Shown: positions 20,533 through 29,423 of the stretch, piece after piece | How the letters are laid out: each line of letters starts with the position of its first letter | Numbering within the stretch: the first letter of the stretch is position 1 | Assembly (NCBI GenBank): GCA_905182185.1 | Contig: CAJJAP010000001.1 | Coordinates: forward strand, 139,167 to 203,166 | Direction: 5' to 3' | Length of the DNA: 64,000 bases | Source of the DNA: an uncultured Candidatus Poseidoniales archaeon | Lineage (GTDB): Archaea; Thermoplasmatota; Poseidoniia; Poseidoniales; Poseidoniaceae | The notes under the pieces: model-generated | Told to the model about the DNA's origin: nothing | Seen by the model: the letters and a program-made list of their open reading frames with translations, nothing else | Database searches by the model: none | Translations under genes and position numbers: made by a program

Positions 20533-21578
20533 TGGCTTGGGAAATAACTTGGTCCAAACAAACACCAAGCATTATTTCGACCATCGCAGCAAGCGAAGGT
20601 GGATTGGTTGTTAGTAGCGGTCTAAACTTATCTTTCTATGAGCATGATGGCAGTGAAAGATGGTCTGTTGATATGCCATTCAAAGTGCATGCAATAGATA
20701 GTGGTCAAGGTCTTCTTGGAGTATTAGCTGCCCATGGATTCTATGTTATGTCGACGAGGGATGGTTCATTACTTCACGAAGGCAGAAGTAGCCCAGGAGG
20801 ATTTACTGGTATCAAAGCGAGACCAGGCGGTGGCTGGGTCTTATCTGGTAGAGATGGAAACATGCATCTTTTCTCACAGGAAGGAAGAGGAATTCGTCGT
20901 ATGGACAGTGGAATGGTCAGAAGATTACTGGGCTGGCTGGATAGAGAGCATTTGATGTGGCAGGCCAGCGATGGAAGAATTTGGTGCGGTCGATTGACCG
21001 GTTCGGACAAGAAAAGGTGTCTTGAAGATAGAATTTGGAGTTGGTCAAGCGAATTAGTAAATGGTAGAATCATATTACAATCGAGTGATGGCAGTTTATG
21101 GCAAGGTATTCCTCATCCATTTGGATGGGATGATTTGATCCGACTTGAACAAGACTCGATCGAAGCCATGGAAGGAATAAATAGTGCTGATGGCTGGTGG
21201 GTATTGGGTATTGAGGGACGTCTTTATCATCTTTCTAGGACATTGAAAGAAGATGTTGAAACACTTGGAGAGTCTATGGATTTGGGAGATATACTCGTTG
21301 GTCTGACACCAGATTCAATGGTTACGGCAACACGTTCAGGATTGATTCGTAAATGGTCTGCACCGCATCTAGCACAGTCCGAACGCAAAGGGCGATTTGA
21401 AGCTGCAGCAGAGGCTGCAATGGCAAGAAACTGGGAGGAAAGAAAAGATTTATTCCTCCGAGCCCAAAATGCGGAAGATGAAGGAAAATTATCGATAGCA
21501 GTGGAATTGTATGGTGCTCTTGGTCGTAAAGAAGATGTTCGTCGCCTCTTACAAAGACAAAAGGAGGGTGGCGAATGA
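20532..21578 (+). CDS. Hypothetical beta-propeller-like repeat protein with a C-terminal helical tail
   Basis: About seven ~40-aa repeats with DG-x-x-W-type motifs (HDGSERW, RDGSLL, RDGNMH, SDGRIW, SDGSLW, ADGWW, RSGLIRKW). Its start overlaps the upstream stop (TAATG). Confidence 0.65.
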   Translation: MAWEITWSKQTPSIISTIAASEGGLVVSSGLNLSFYEHDGSERWSVDMPFKVHAIDSGQGLLGVLAAHGFYVMSTRDGSLLHEGRSSPGGFTGIKARPGGGWVLSGRDGNMHLFSQEGRGIRRMDSGMVRRLLGWLDREHLMWQASDGRIWCGRLTGSDKKRCLEDRIWSWSSELVNGRIILQSSDGSLWQGIPHPFGWDDLIRLEQDSIEAMEGINSADGWWVLGIEGRLYHLSRTLKEDVETLGESMDLGDILVGLTPDSMVTATRSGLIRKWSAPHLAQSERKGRFEAAAEAAMARNWEERKDLFLRAQNAEDEGKLSIAVELYGALGRKEDVRRLLQRQKEGGE

Positions 21579-21874
21579 GTGATGAACTTATTGAACTGAC
21601 AGAAGAAAGGGTATTGCATTATCTCGATGTTACAAAAAGAGCAAGACAAAAAGCAACACCTCTCCATTCAGAAGGTAGTGACCAGTCCGTACAATTAGCG
21701 ATAATGATGAGGATGGCAGATGATTATTCCTCAGATGCGCATCATTTTTTGAAGATTGGCGATAGAGTAAGAGCGTTTGGAGCAATAAATTACGCTCATG
21801 CTTGGATAGACGCAGCCGTAAAATTAAGATTACTAGATGGGCATGGCGATGATGTCTTATTCACCCTGCCTTAA
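21575..21874 (+). CDS. DUF357-family small protein
   Basis: YSSDAHHFLKIGDRVRAFGAINYAHAWIDAAVKL fits the DUF357 pattern. Its start overlaps the upstream stop (ATGA). Confidence 0.65.
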   Translation: MSDELIELTEERVLHYLDVTKRARQKATPLHSEGSDQSVQLAIMMRMADDYSSDAHHFLKIGDRVRAFGAINYAHAWIDAAVKLRLLDGHGDDVLFTLP

Positions 21875-21877
21875 CAC

Positions 21878-22312
21878 TCAAATCTTATCCTTTTGAGCTA
21901 GACTTTCAAGCGTTGCGATCGCTGAAACAATAGTTGAAACCTTATTCTTGGCTTCTGCGATAAATGGAATGATGCATTCTTCAAGCGTACCTGTAAGTTG
22001 GTAAATATGCGATGGCCTTCCACGGCCGGAGGAAGCCGAGGAATCCGATTTAACAACTTCTAAGCGTCTTAATTCAGCGATTGCAACACTGACATCGGGC
22101 TGCCTAATATTGCAATTTTTTTGTAGTGCTATTGATGATGAAGGTCCATGCAGATGCAGGCATATCAAACACTTGGCAGTATGACTTTGAATACCTAGAT
22201 GAACCATGATGGAAAGTAGTTTTTGAAAAGGCTCGGATGAACTATTTCCTTTTGTATCCATCCAACTGTAAGATTCCTCCATGACCAGCACGCGATTATC
22301 TTCATATATCAA
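21878..22312 (-). CDS. Winged-helix transcriptional regulator (ArsR/TrmB-like)
   Basis: IALQKNCNIRQPDVSVAIAELRRLEVV...GRGRPSHIYQLT is a typical wHTH recognition helix plus wing. Confidence 0.6.
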   Translation of the reverse strand: MIYEDNRVLVMEESYSWMDTKGNSSSEPFQKLLSIMVHLGIQSHTAKCLICLHLHGPSSSIALQKNCNIRQPDVSVAIAELRRLEVVKSDSSASSGRGRPSHIYQLTGTLEECIIPFIAEAKNKVSTIVSAIATLESLAQKDKI

Positions 22313-22373
22313 CTGATTACCGACAATTCTCGGATGTACATGATTTCAAGTTTTAATTTAGTTCTACAGACAA

Positions 22374-22748
22374 CTAGATTAGATTTAATCTCTTATTTTT
22401 TGCGACTTCTATTACTGGAATGCTGGATTCAAAAAGTCGACGTTTCAATTCTTTGTCAACAGTTAAAACAGGAATACCTTCATTTTTTGCGAATGAGAAT
22501 ATTTGGTCATCAGGGTGATTTCCCGAATCTTCTGGCGCATCGATAATTATCGTTTTCGCTTTCAACAATGGCAGCAAAAGTGACTTTTTCTTTGAGCGTT
22601 GAGAATTAACTTTTTCTAATTCCTTGCCAACATCAGGCAATAATAGGAGTTGGCTTGGTCCCACTAACTGCATCAAGGCCCCATCAATATTGATGCCAGC
22701 ATCAATAACGGCAACCCAGCCGCATGCATCTACAATAATTCTCTGCAC
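22374..22748 (-). CDS. PIN-domain protein (Fcf1-like archaeal family that commonly neighbours aIF2-gamma)
   Basis: N-terminal IIVDACGWVAVID and C-terminal LTVDKELKRRL are PIN acidic motifs. Conserved position downstream of aIF2-gamma. Confidence 0.7.
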   Translation of the reverse strand: MQRIIVDACGWVAVIDAGINIDGALMQLVGPSQLLLLPDVGKELEKVNSQRSKKKSLLLPLLKAKTIIIDAPEDSGNHPDDQIFSFAKNEGIPVLTVDKELKRRLFESSIPVIEVAKNKRLNLI

Positions 22749-22799
22749 ATTTCACTGCTGAACAGCAATCTTTGATGAAATGTGCGTTTGTTGACACAG

Positions 22800-24039
22800 T
22801 TATTGTATCGTTCCGTAGCCAATTAGTCTCCAGCGTGAACCGACGCGGCGTGATAAAGAAACTCTTTGACCTACATCAGCACAAATTGGAAGCCTTAATT
22901 CAAGACCAGTACGCTTTTTCTCAGCGTTCTTGGTCACTCCAACCGATGTTGCAGTAGCGACATTTAGCATCAACATTTCGTTATTGCGAAGTGGTTGTAT
23001 TTTCTCAGGTTTTTCGCCTTCTCCAGCCACCATTGTATCCATTAGATTTACAGAAATCTCGAGTTTTGAGCGTACTTCAGGTAAATCTCCCTTTTTGGCA
23101 ACGACTTGGCCGCTCAGGTTATCAGCGGTTGTGATACTTGGATCAAGTTTAGTTGCCATACCACAGAGACCACCAGCGTGCATCTTTTTCAAATTCAATC
23201 CACCGCCTTGCATACTGCTAACAACCGCTTCAATAGGTTCCCATACAGATTTATTACCCTTTTCAATTTTACGTCCAGGGCCAATTATTACTTCATCACC
23301 GTCATTGAATTCACCTTCTACAATACTTCCTCCAATAACTCCGCCTCGTAGTTTGCTCGGGCGTGTTCCAGGGCGGTTGATATCAAAAGAGCGTGCTACA
23401 TGCATGATAGAACGCTTGTCCTTTGAACGGTCAGGAGTTGGAATTGTCTGTTCAATGGCATCTATTAGAATATCAAGATTGACATCGTGATGCGCTGATA
23501 CAGGAATTACCGGAGCATTTTCAGCGATAGTTCCTTTCAAAAAGTTCTTAACTTCTTGGTAAGATTCTAAAGCACGTTCTTTACTTACCAAATCAATTTT
23601 ATTTTGAACTATGACAATATTCTTAATTCCTGCTATTTCCAAAGCCATCAGATGTTCTCTAGTTTGAGGCTGCGGACATGTTTCATTAGCAGCAACCATC
23701 AACATTGCCCCATCCATAATAGATGCGCCAGTGATCATTATTGCCATCAAAGTCTCGTGACCAGGTGCATCCACGAATGAAACAACTCTTTGCAGTTCAT
23801 TTGCAATATCATCTCCGCCATCAGGTCTTCGACCTGTTGCGTAGTATTGACCTTCTTTGGTTTTGTAGAATGCAGTGTCGGCATATCCCAATTTAATTGA
23901 AATACCGCGCTTTCTTTCTTCTGAATGGGTATCGGTCCAAATTCCGGAAAGAGCTTGAGTTAGAGTCGTTTTCCCATGGATCAACGTGACCTACAAGGCC
24001 AATGTTGATTTCAGGTTGGGAGGGAAGCGTTCTTGCCAT
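22800..24039 (-). CDS. eif2g: Translation initiation factor aIF2 gamma, frame-disrupted as sequenced near 23979
   Basis: ATG at 24039 reads MARTLPSQPEINIGLVGHVD, then shifts by one base into HGKTTLTQALSGIWTDTHSEE... (the listed ORF 22800-23984). GTPase G1-G4 motifs and domains II/III are present. Confidence 0.92.
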
Positions 24040-24078
24040 TCTTCCCTACTCCTCAATTTACGAAATCCCTCTCGGGTT

Positions 24079-24576
24079 TCACTCCGCTGCTTCTTCGCTT
24101 CCAGAAGAAGTTATGTCAGCAAGGCTCTTATTGCCTGCTTCAGTTACTTTCAAATTGATTTGACGAGTGTCCTGAGTGATAGTGTTGCCACGGAAGTTTC
24201 TACGCTTGCGTAGCCCGTCTAACTTGTAGCGGAAACGCTTCTTTTCTCCACCCTTGCTCTTGAAAACGAGAGAGTGACCCTTGAATCCAGTAGATGCAGT
24301 AACGAGAATTGATTGGCGAGCACCGCCTTCAAGGTCACGGCGAAGAGGAGTTCCAGTTTTATCAGAGCCACCAGTGATTTGTAACTTGAAACCGGAAAGA
24401 GTTTTTTCTCCCTCTCCAACGAAAATACCGTCAACTGTATCTCCAATTTTTCTGCCCAATAATTGAGCATGATTATTTCCACTAATTTTCAATGAATAAG
24501 ATCTGCCACTGTTAGCAGGATCTGTATCATTGACGACGGCGACGAATTCTCCTTGTTGTCCAATTGCCATATTCAC
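24079..24576 (-). CDS. rps6e: 30S ribosomal protein S6e
   Basis: GFKLQITGGSDKTGTPLRRDLEGGARQSILV and the overall S6e pattern. Adjacent to aIF2-gamma as in many archaea. Confidence 0.9.
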   Translation of the reverse strand: MNMAIGQQGEFVAVVNDTDPANSGRSYSLKISGNNHAQLLGRKIGDTVDGIFVGEGEKTLSGFKLQITGGSDKTGTPLRRDLEGGARQSILVTASTGFKGHSLVFKSKGGEKKRFRYKLDGLRKRRNFRGNTITQDTRQINLKVTEAGNKSLADITSSGSEEAAE

Positions 24577-24643
24577 ACCACTTAGAATAACTCGCCGACA
24601 AGAGACCCATATTTAGGCTAACCGCATAGGCATGGCAGTACAT

Positions 24644-25846
24644 TTAGCGTCGTAGTCGCTTAGGAAGTAGTAATTCAAGGCGACTTGAGAGGTCCGCTGG
24701 TAGATGATGTGGCATGCTCAAATGGGTCGTCCGACCCCTTCCATCACTAACGTTTGAAACCTTAGAATCAATCAACTGTTGCTGTTCTAGGTACTTTATA
24801 TATTTCCAAATCGTTGTATGACTCTTTTGTTTCTGTTCGTATTCTTCACAGACTACTGCATAGAGAGATTCAACATCTCCCATCGACATAGTCTCTTCAG
24901 TTTTCAATCTCCTGCACAATGCCAGGAGGACTAACATTTGGTGAGCCGACAGGTCATCGACAATTTCTAACTTGATTCCGATTTGTAATGCGACCCCATC
25001 GTTAGGTTCATGAATATCTTCAACCAATATCTCTCTTGCACTTTGCGCATCCTGCCTAAATTCACAGCGTTCGACAGCAGCAGAAAGTAGTTCAATTCCT
25101 CTTCTAGCATCACCGCTTGGAGCGGCCTTTTCTGCAATTAATCGAATAATTTTAGGCGAAAATGTTCCACCTACTAGAGAGTATTGTGCTCGCTGGTTGA
25201 TTATCTGCTCAATTCCATCAACTGTATATGGCGGGATCATGATATGATTTGTACTACCCATTCTGGAGATAACAGCGGTTTCTAATAGGTCTAGAACCTG
25301 CTCTTGACTGATTATTATCAAAGACAATGTGCCCTTTCCAGATTGGTCCTCATCAATTCTTAGAAGTTGGTAAAGAAGGTCGTCACCAGAGCGTCTTAAC
25401 ATGTGGTCAACCTCATCTAGTACAACGATTAAGTGAGCAGAATCCCTTCGAACCAATTTTCGTAGGCTAATCAATAATTCCCCCATAGAAAGACCTCTAT
25501 CCGGGTGGCCAGGGTCTAATTTGTGAAGGATACGTTGGACTACTCGCATGCTAGTGGATGCGTTCCTGCAATTTATTTGAACAGACTTTATTTGCCTTTT
25601 ATTTGCTAAATGTCGTTGAATATCTCTACAAAATGTTCCTGCTAAAACTGTTTTACCACTACCTACAGGGCCAGTAATCACTGCGCGACCAGCTCCATCT
25701 GGATGCGATAATGTTGAAAATTTACTCGCTAATTGCTTCTGAATATCATCTCTGCCGACTAATTCATCTGGCATGTAATCAAAATCTAGACCCTCTGGAT
25801 TGGCTAGGACGAAACCCGCTCCAATTCGGTCAAGGTAGTTACTCAT
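24644..25846 (-). CDS. cdc6: Orc1/Cdc6 replication initiator
   Basis: Walker A GPVGSGKTV, Walker B VVLDEVDHML, GDARRGIELL sensor/lid motif and a C-terminal winged helix. Confidence 0.92.
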   Translation of the reverse strand: MSNYLDRIGAGFVLANPEGLDFDYMPDELVGRDDIQKQLASKFSTLSHPDGAGRAVITGPVGSGKTVLAGTFCRDIQRHLANKRQIKSVQINCRNASTSMRVVQRILHKLDPGHPDRGLSMGELLISLRKLVRRDSAHLIVVLDEVDHMLRRSGDDLLYQLLRIDEDQSGKGTLSLIIISQEQVLDLLETAVISRMGSTNHIMIPPYTVDGIEQIINQRAQYSLVGGTFSPKIIRLIAEKAAPSGDARRGIELLSAAVERCEFRQDAQSAREILVEDIHEPNDGVALQIGIKLEIVDDLSAHQMLVLLALCRRLKTEETMSMGDVESLYAVVCEEYEQKQKSHTTIWKYIKYLEQQQLIDSKVSNVSDGRGRTTHLSMPHHLPADLSSRLELLLPKRLRR

Positions 25847-25938
25847 AACAAGGGAAGGCTCTCGTCAACCGTTATTGAACATAGGGGCAGTTGAAGCAAG
25901 GGAAAAAGCAAATTGCTTTGAGTTCTATTTTTTTCAAA

Positions 25939-27049
25939 TCAAGGAATTTCGTCAAATTGGTAACCGAGTTCCCATTGCTTTTCACCAAGTACGACCTCTA
26001 ACTCAAACGGAGTTAGTAATGGCTTTTTGTAGCGTACTGCATCATCTATGGCGATTCTTGGGCATGCAGTATTAACAAATGCATCAACTGGGTAGAAGTC
26101 TATCAATTCTGGGCTGACATGTTCCAATGCCATCAAGTAACCTTTCTTACCATGCTTCTCTAGCATTCTTTTCATCCTTAGGGCAAGAGTGCGACGCATT
26201 TGCCCAGGCTTCTCTCCTATTAGGATCCCAAATACTTGTGCGTTATCACAGGCCATAATTAGTCCAAAGCGTTGTCTTAGTATTCTCTCAACACTTAGAA
26301 GAGACATTTCTTTTGCCTCCCCACTATATGGGTCTAACATTGCAAGAGGTTTTCCAGTGTGTAATACTAATCCGATCGGATGGAAATCACCGCTGCCTAG
26401 GAATAAGTAATGTCCAATATCATCTTGGTCACCTGAATAATTACACCCTAGAACCTGCCCTGGGAAGGATAGGCGTGCCTCCACCTAATGGAATTACTAC
26501 ATCATAACCTGCTTTCTCTAAACGGACCTGGAACTCTGGTAATAAATGCAAGTGTTGAATTGCACCAACCAATCCCAATTTTGTACCTGTTAGGGGTGAT
26601 AAGCGGCCAACTGCATCCAAAAACTTCTCTTGAGCATCTTCTGTACTGAGTTCATTAGTTTTTTGTTGGTCTAAAATACGATTCTTTGCCATTGCTAGGT
26701 GATTTTCTAGGAACGGTATCACTGGAGTTAACTCAGGGTCTCCATCATATGTGACATTAATAAATAATGTTGGCATACCAGATTCAATATTCATTTGGCT
26801 ATGACCCATATGCGCTACCATCTCGACACCCATATTCTTCATCTTGTCATGAACAAGGTCACAGGCACCGTAACATGGGTCTGCTGCAAGTACTACTTTT
26901 GCACTTGTTTCAGTTTCAATTTCATCCATCATTTCTAAGGCTTGCATTTTCAATCCTTCCGGAAGTTGAAGAGCAATTAATCGGTGATCACTGGTACGGA
27001 TTCTTTCCATTAACTCAGTCAGTTCGAAATTGTGATGGTCTAAGTCCAT
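25939..27049 (-). CDS. dph2: Diphthamide synthesis protein Dph2 (2-(3-amino-3-carboxypropyl)histidine synthase), frame-disrupted as sequenced near 26476
   Basis: ORFs 26441-27049 (N-terminal part, ...LQLPEGLK...AADPCYGACD) and 25939-26484 (C-terminal part) overlap. Skipping one base near 26476 gives ...IPLGGGRLSFPGQVLGCNY... Confidence 0.88.
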
Positions 27050-27115
27050 GATGTTCCCTATTTGCAGGGGGTAATAACCACCTTCATCAAAGGATGCTTT
27101 TTTGAAACTGTTAAT

Positions 27116-27688
27116 TCAGTCAAGAATAACGATATTTGACCCGTCCATTTCAAGACGAACTAAAGATTCAATTTTGATGTTCGGATAATCGGTTTGAAGT
27201 AATTTCAAACCAGGGCCCTTTTCTACAACGGTTATGATGTGCATTATTTCAGCGCCAGTTTTTTCAATTCCTTTGATAATCGCCCGAAGAGTCCCTCCGG
27301 TTGATAGCACATCATCGACAATGACAACTCTCTCCCCTGACTTGACATCATTTAGGTACATTTCACCCTTTGAATATCCAGTTGATTGATCTATTACTAC
27401 TTCTCCTTCAAGACCGTATTGCCTTTTCCTTACCACCACTAATGGTTTGCCTGAACTGATACTCAATGGAGCGGTAAGGGGTAAACCCATAGCTTCGATT
27501 CCAATAATCAAATCAACATGACTCCAATCTATTGCTTCCAAGCATAAATCTGTAACAGCAGATAGGACTTTCGGGTCCAGTCTAGGAACTCCATCTGTAA
27601 GTGGGTGAATGAAATATGGGTAATCACCTTTCCAAATAACTGGAGCATTCTGCAAACTGCTTCGGAGTCGTTGCATTGCATCCGCCAT
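27116..27688 (-). CDS. hpt: Hypoxanthine/guanine phosphoribosyltransferase, archaeal type (start at ATG 27688)
   Basis: FIHPLTDGVPRLDP, IEAMGLPL, QSTGYSKGEMYLN and the PRPP motif VVIVDDVLSTGGT. The internal ATG removes the overlap with the upstream gene. Confidence 0.85.
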   Translation of the reverse strand: MADAMQRLRSSLQNAPVIWKGDYPYFIHPLTDGVPRLDPKVLSAVTDLCLEAIDWSHVDLIIGIEAMGLPLTAPLSISSGKPLVVVRKRQYGLEGEVVIDQSTGYSKGEMYLNDVKSGERVVIVDDVLSTGGTLRAIIKGIEKTGAEIMHIITVVEKGPGLKLLQTDYPNIKIESLVRLEMDGSNIVILD

Positions 27689-27725
27689 ATTGAATGCCCA
27701 CTGATGGTAGGGTATCACCTTTGTC

Positions 27726-28130
27726 TCAAAGTTCAGAAATATATTCAATGTATTCTTCTGGTTCCAATAGTGTTTCTAAATCAATTTCATGAGGGTCAAG
27801 TAGGATAATCCATCCTTGGTCATATGCAGATTCATTAACAATATCTGGGTTGATTTCTACTTCACCATTCACTTCGGCGATTTGTCCAGAGAACGGTGAT
27901 GGGAATGAAAGTTTTTCATCGGTGGTCCAAATTGAGAACATATCTGATCCAAACTCTTCTACTTCCAGTCCGGTTTGTGGCAATACTACTCGCAAAACTT
28001 CACCGTGTTCAACAGCCAAATATTCGCTGACACCGATCATCAATCTGTCGTCTTTCTCTTGATACCAAAGGTGGTTGGTAGAGTATTTCCTATTATGCGC
28101 AACGCTAAATTCAACGATATCGTCATCCAT
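27726..28130 (-). CDS. gcvH: Glycine cleavage system H-like (lipoyl-carrier fold) protein
   Basis: YSTNHLWYQ...IGVSEYLAVEHGEV...SPFSGQIAEVN...NESAYDQGWI follows the GcvH pattern. No gcvT or gcvP is adjacent. Confidence 0.7.
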   Translation of the reverse strand: MDDDIVEFSVAHNRKYSTNHLWYQEKDDRLMIGVSEYLAVEHGEVLRVVLPQTGLEVEEFGSDMFSIWTTDEKLSFPSPFSGQIAEVNGEVEINPDIVNESAYDQGWIILLDPHEIDLETLLEPEEYIEYISEL

Positions 28131-28252
28131 TCTGCAATTCTCCTTAAAACGCCGCACAAATTGTCCTATATCAATACATTGATGAATCGTATTTACAAGT
28201 AGTCGTGCAACGGATTAAGAAAGCAAGCCCTTTGGCATAGACGGGTAGGGTC

Positions 28253-29422
28253 ATGGATTTCGCACAAACCGATGAACAGGAGATGATTAGGGACTTAGTT
28301 CGCGACTTTGCGGAGACTGTATTGGCGCCAACGGTTGGAGAGCGAGACCAAAACCAAGTAGCCCCTAGCGAAGAGTGGAAACAGTTCCTAGAGTACGGCC
28401 TCCAAGGTGTAGCCGTTCCAGAGGAGTATGGAGGTTCACCAATCGACGATGTATCTGAATCAATAATTATTGAAGAATTGGCTAGAGTCGATCCTTCTTT
28501 TGCAGTTATGTACTGTGTTCATGTAGGTTTATGCTGTAAAACAATTGCACTTCATGGTAATGAACAACAGAAGAAGAAGTATCTAACACGATTAGCCGAA
28601 GGTGAAGTTGGAGCATATTCATTGAGCGAAGCGGGTGCTGGTACAGATGCAGCAGCAATGACATGTAAAGCAAAGTTGAGTGATGATGGCACTCATTATA
28701 TCTTAAATGGAGAGAAAATGTGGGTGACAAATGGAGTCCAAGCAAAAATCATTGTATTGTTTGCAAAAGACGTTGGCCATTCTGATTACGGCGTAAAACG
28801 GCATGGTGGAACTACCGCATTTATTGTAGAGTCAAGTTTTGACGGTTTTTCCGTTGGAAAGAAGGAGGACAAGTTAGGGATCAGAAGTTCGGATACCTGT
28901 ACTCTCATTTTACAAGATTGTAAAGTTCCTATTGAAAATGTGATCAAGCAAGTTGGACAAGGTTTCCCTATTGCTATGAACGCATTGGACAATAGCCGAA
29001 TTGGTATTGCAGCACAGGCATTAGGGATTTCTCAAGGTGCATTCGAATCCGCACTAAAGTATGCCCATGAAAGAGAAGCATTTGGCAAACCGATTGCCCA
29101 TCATCAAATGATAATGGCGTATTTGTCGGATATGGCCACCAGGATAGATGCTTCACGATTATTAGTGTACAAAGCAAGTTGGGCTAAACAACAGCACTAC
29201 GAAAATGGTGGTCCAAGACATTCTAAGGAAGCGAGCATGGCAAAACTATTCGCTGGCGATACAGCAATGTGGGTCAGTGAACGAGCAATTCAAGTTTTAG
29301 GAGGATATGGATATACCAAAGAATTCCCAGTTGAAAGATTCTTTAGAGATGCTAAAATCACTCAAATATACGAAGGAACACAAGAAGTACAACGTATTGT
29401 AATAGCCCGTGCATTACTTTGA
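28253..29422 (+). CDS. Acyl-CoA dehydrogenase (short/medium-chain type)
   Basis: Full-length ACAD pattern including GAYSLSEAGAGTDAA, QALGISQGAFE and IYEGTQEVQRIVIAR. Confidence 0.9.
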   Translation: MDFAQTDEQEMIRDLVRDFAETVLAPTVGERDQNQVAPSEEWKQFLEYGLQGVAVPEEYGGSPIDDVSESIIIEELARVDPSFAVMYCVHVGLCCKTIALHGNEQQKKKYLTRLAEGEVGAYSLSEAGAGTDAAAMTCKAKLSDDGTHYILNGEKMWVTNGVQAKIIVLFAKDVGHSDYGVKRHGGTTAFIVESSFDGFSVGKKEDKLGIRSSDTCTLILQDCKVPIENVIKQVGQGFPIAMNALDNSRIGIAAQALGISQGAFESALKYAHEREAFGKPIAHHQMIMAYLSDMATRIDASRLLVYKASWAKQQHYENGGPRHSKEASMAKLFAGDTAMWVSERAIQVLGGYGYTKEFPVERFFRDAKITQIYEGTQEVQRIVIARALL

Positions 29423-29423
29423 A

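Noticed and set aside
25847-25938. Possible replication origin next to Orc1/Cdc6.
   Set aside because: The flanking spacers (24577-24643 and 25847-25938) are under 100 bp, not markedly AT-rich, and contain no repeated ORB-like boxes that I could see. There is no support for an adjacent origin in this window.
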